From positions 434,001 through 498,000 of the forward strand of contig JASTWF010000342.1 in assembly GCA_030390025.1 (NCBI GenBank): a DNA stretch of 64,000 nucleotides, written 5' to 3'. The notes under the pieces are model-generated. The model was not told the origin of the DNA and did no database searches. It was given only the letters and a program-made list of their open reading frames with translations. Positions 59,955 to 64,000 of the stretch are shown here, piece after piece. Each line of letters starts with the position of its first letter. Position 1 is the first letter of the stretch. The translations under genes and the position numbers were made by a program. Origin of the DNA: Squalus acanthias. Lineage: Eukaryota.

Positions 59955-60853
59955 GATGCGAGGGAATGGGCAGTGGATGTAATATATTTTGATTTCCAAA
60001 AGGCGTTCGATAAGGTGCCACATAAAAGGTTGCTATGCATAATAAGGGCACATGGGGTAGGGGGGTAATATATTAGCATGGATAGAGGATTGGTTAACGG
60101 ACAGAAAACAGAGATTAGGCATAAACATGTCATTTTCCGGTTGGCAGGCTGTAACTAGTGGGGTGCTGCAAGGATCAGTGCTTGGGCCTCAGATATTTAC
60201 AATCTATATTAATGACTTAGATGAAGGGACTGAGTGCAATGTATCCAAGTTTGCTGATGATACAAAACTAGGTGGGAAAGTAAACTGTGAGGAGGAGTCA
60301 AAGAGCCAGCAAAGCATTCTAGACAGATTAAGTGAGTGTGCAATAAGGTGCCAGATGGAGTATAATGTGGGGAAATGTGAGGTTATTCACTTTGGTAGGA
60401 AAAATAAATGGTGAGAAACTATTAGATGTTGGTGTTTAGAGAGATTTAGGTGTCCTCGTACAGGAAACACAGAAAGTTAGCATGCAGGTACAGCAAGCAT
60501 ATGGCATGTTGGTCTTTATTGCAAGAGGGTAGGAGTACAAGAGTAAGGAAGTTTTACTACAATTGTACAAGGCTTTGGTGAGACCACACCTGGAGTACTG
60601 TGCACAGTTTTGGTCTCCTTATCTGAGAAAGGACATACATGCCTTAGAGGCGGTGCAACGAAAGTTCACTAGATTGATCCCTGGGCTGAGAGCGTTGTCC
60701 TATGAGGAGAGATTGAATAGATTGAGCCTATACTCTCTGGAGTTTAGAAGAATGAGAGGTGATCTCATTGAAACATAAGATTCTGAGGGGGATTGACAGG
60801 GTAAATGCTAAGAGATTGTTTCCCCTGTCTGGAGAGTCTGGAACTAGGGAGCA
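59955..60853 (+). mobile_element. CR1 LINE RT fragment (frameshifted)
   Basis: DFQKAFDKVPH-type segment, GVLQGSVLGP, KFADD, VRPHLEYCAQFWSP. Confidence 0.9.
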
Positions 60854-60854
60854 T

Positions 60855-61460
60855 TTTTTTGTTTTTATTCGTTCATGGAATGTGGGCGCCGCTGACAAGG
60901 CCAGCATTTATTGCCCATCCCTAATTGCCCTTGAGAAGGTGATGGTGAGCCACCTTCTTGAACCGCTGCAGTCCGTGTGGTGAAGATACTGCCACAGTGC
61001 TGTTAGGGAGGGAGTACCAGGATTTTGACTCAGCGATGATGAAGGAACAGCGATACACTTCCAAGTCAGGATGGTGTGTGACTTGGAGGGGAACTTGGAG
61101 GTGGTGGTGTTCCCATGCACCTGCTGCGCTTGTCCTTCTAGATGGAAGAGGTCGCGGGTTTGGGAGATGCTGCCGAAGAAGCCTTGGCGAGTTGCTGCAG
61201 GGCATCTTGTAGATGGTACACACTGCAACCACGGTATGCCGGTGGTGGAGGGAGTGAATGTTTAAGGTGGTGGATGGGGTGCCAATCAAGCGGGCTAATT
61301 TGTCCTGGATGGTGTTGAGCTTCTTGAGTGTTGTTGGAGCTGCACTCATCCAGGCAAGTGGAGAGTATTGCATCACACTCCCTACTTGTGCCTTGTAGAT
61401 GGTGGAAAGGATTTGAGGAGTCAGGAGCTGAGACACTCGCTGCAGAATACCTAGCCTCAC
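60855..61460 (-). mobile_element. CR1-group (L2B/Crack-like, clade uncertain) LINE 3' fragment with poly(A) tail
   Basis: IYKAQV..MQYSPLAW..LKKLNTIQDKLARLIG..SLHHRH..TIYKM, a typical post-RT segment of non-LTR elements. Confidence 0.75.
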
Positions 61461-61484
61461 ACAAGTGATCCAGGCCAGTGATTT

Positions 61485-61790
61485 TCTTTTATATTCATTC
61501 ACGGAATGTGGGCGTCACTGGCAAGGCTGGCATTTATTGCCCTTCCCTAATTGCCCTTGAAAAGGTGGTAGTGAGCCGCCTTCTTGAACCGCTGCAGTCT
61601 TTGTGGTGAAGGTGCTCCCACAGTGACTTTGTCATAATGGTTTGGTACAACTGAGTGACTTGCTATGCCATTTCAGCGGGCAGTTAAGAGTCAACCACAT
61701 TGCTGTGGGTCTGGATTCACATGTAGGCCAGACCAGGTAAGGATGGCAGATTTCCTTCCCTAACGGCCATTAGTGAACCAGATGGTTCAT
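61485..61790 (-). mobile_element. Partial copy of the second tRNA SINE family
   Basis: Body matches 41955-42090; tail matches the LINE 3' end at 60865-60990. Confidence 0.75.
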
Positions 61791-61794
61791 CTTC

Positions 61795-64000
61795 AAATGT
61801 AATATCCCACCACATGCACCACTAGCCTCAGCAACTGTGCAATGCACTACATCCCCATGACTCACCTACCAACAATCTCTATCAAACAGGACTCATACTT
61901 AACATTCATAGCTTCAAGTCACCATCACACACTTAGCATTACGGCAACCCACACTCCGACATCTCACAGCTTGCACACACAGCCAGCTATTCAACCATGA
62001 AAGTCACATCCCCCAAACAGATTGCATAACATGCACTGACACACTTCCCTCTCTCTTGCAGGACAAGGTGACTCACAACCGGAGGCAGCAGGACCTAGCT
62101 GGCAGGGCACAGATGCACCTGCATGTCCTTACCCCCATGGAGGAGACGATGCTCACCATCATTGGAACGGCCATTGCTGAGGCTGTGGCCAGTGGAGGGC
62201 TGAAACCATCGAGATGACGGTATCCTCCTACCTAATCCTCCTTCTCACATCCCACTTCCCCCTCATCGCGTAATCTCTCCTGATTTACAAACTCCAGATG
62301 GCATAAGCATGCACCTCTTGCTTTCCTCCCCTCCTCTCACCACAACCTTACCCTTGTGCCTTTCAGAGGGACCTGGGTGTCCTTGTACATGAATCACTGA
62401 AAGTTAACATGCAGGTACAGCAAGCAATTAGGAAAGCAAATGGTATGTTGGCCTTTATTACAAGAGGATTTGAGTATAAGAGTAAAGACGTCTTACTGCA
62501 ATTATATAGGGCCCTGGTGAGACCACACCTGGAGTATTGTGTATAGTTTTGGTCTCCTTATCTAAGGAAGGATATACTTGCCATAGAGGGAGTGCAACAA
62601 AGGTTCACCAGACTGATTCCTGGGATGGGGGATTGTCCTATGAGGAGAGATTGAGTAGACTAGGCCTATATTCTCTAGAGTTTAGAAGATTGAGAGGTGA
62701 TCTCATTGAAACATACAAAATTCTTACAGGGCTTGACAGGGTAGATGCAGGGAGGATGTTTCCCCTGGCTGGGGAGTCTAGAACCAGGGTTCACAGTCTC
62801 AGAAGAAGGGGTCGGCCATTTAGGACTGAGATGAGAAGAAATGTCTTCACTCAGAGGGTGGTGAATCTTTGGAATTCTCTACCGCAGAGGGCTGTGGAGG
62901 CTCAGTCATTGAGTATATTCAAGACAGAGATCGATAGATTTTTGGATATTAAGGGAATCAAGGGATATGGGGATAGTGCAGAAAAGTGGAGTTGAGGTAG
63001 AAGATCAGCCACGATCTTATTGAATGGTGGAGCAGGCTCGATGGGCTGAATGGCCTTTTCCTGCTCCTGTTTCTTAGGTTCTTATGTTCTTTCTCCTTTC
63101 AGATACCCAAGAACTGCAACCAGGCTAGACAGTGATGATGAAGAAACACCATCACTCGACTTCACACTCGCAGCCACCTGCTCAGATACTGATACTGCGT
63201 GTAATTTAGAGGATAGCATAGCAGTGGGATCTGCATGTGGTGAGACACCGGGCACAAGTGACGTGTAGCCAGGGCAGAGGACAAGGATTGCACAGGTGCC
63301 AGCTCGTCATAGGGCGAGGTCGCACACGCGTTCTGCTGCATAGGACTCAGATGAGCACCTCGATGGGGCAGGCTACAGAAAAAGACTGATCAGTATGCAA
63401 AATGAAATGCTTGGTGCATTCTGAAGCCTGTCAGAAAGCCTGCGTGCAATGTCAAGGAGTACGGAGGAGTCCAGCACCAACTTGGCACAGGGCTTTGTGG
63501 AGAGCTTGGAGCCTATCCTTTCCATCGTTGAAGTGGTGGTCAACTCCATTAGAACTTGTGGACTCAACCATGATGCAGCGTATGATGGCCGATCTCTCAA
63601 CTTCCATTGCAGCACAAGCAGCAGCCAGCCAATGTCTGAGTGCTGCAGTGGAAGTGCAGGCTGCTACCATCATGGCTTTGGATTCCAGTGTTCAAAGGGG
63701 CTCACAGGGTTTAATAGAAGTCCATCAATCTGCCCTCCAACAGATTACTAGAATTGCTGAGGCACCGCCCCGGGGAAGTGGCAGTGGCTCCATGGAGCAT
63801 GAACCTGCTGTCCTCTCTCAGGATGACATCATTTGTCCTCCCACTACTGCCACGCCACCAGTGCTCTTGCTGTTGCCTGTCAGCCAGCCAGCCCAGACTG
63901 CTGCCGCCCATGCCGAGGTGGTGCAGTCTGCAGCCGGGCCTTCTAGGCCTAGAGCTGCTCAAGGTTTTCCTCCAAGGGCAACTGCTGTCTTCTCCACTGA
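61795..64000 (+). mobile_element. Second-family Harbinger Myb-like gene remnant (intron 1, exon 2 from ~62062, exon 3 from ~63103), runs off the window
   Basis: Intron and exon 2 (DKVTHNRR..LTPMEE..IIG) similar to 41420-41870; exon 3 has MSRSTEESSTNLAQGFVESL, resembling MEESISNMSRAFVESL of H1-H4. Confidence 0.7.
62365..63090 (+). mobile_element. 5'-truncated CR1 inserted into the polypyrimidine tract of the Myb-like intron 2
   Basis: RT C-terminus, single 3'UTR unit, TTCTTATGTTCT tail; CTTTC at both junctions. Confidence 0.92.

Noticed and set aside
1..64000. piRNA-cluster-like strand-biased TE trap
   Set aside because: Retroelement and Harbinger insertions occur in both orientations with no obvious bias; the density alone is not evidence.

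Overview
Vertebrate genomic DNA, very probably from a cartilaginous fish (shark); this is inferred from the repeat repertoire, not from a marker gene. I recognise no host protein-coding gene: the window is a dense, nested transposon landscape. It holds four ~4 kb copies of one PIF/Harbinger DNA-transposon family. Each pairs a HARBI1-type DDE transposase with a convergently transcribed, three-exon Myb/SANT accessory gene of ~470 aa. One copy is nested inside another, and one keeps an almost intact transposase. Also present: about ten Harbinger-type MITEs with 3-bp TSDs; remnants of a second, Myb-only Harbinger family; and many CR1 LINEs, including a very young subfamily with a tandemly duplicated 3' end and a near-intact ORF2. 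A recent Penelope-like (Neptune-type) retroelement has 397-bp inverted arms carrying minimal hammerhead ribozymes. The rest includes L2 and other LINE fragments, two tRNA-derived SINE families that share 3' tails with local LINEs, a probable solo LTR, and a candidate Pbx/Meis/Hox enhancer in unique sequence. Coordinates of degenerate repeats are approximate and read by eye.
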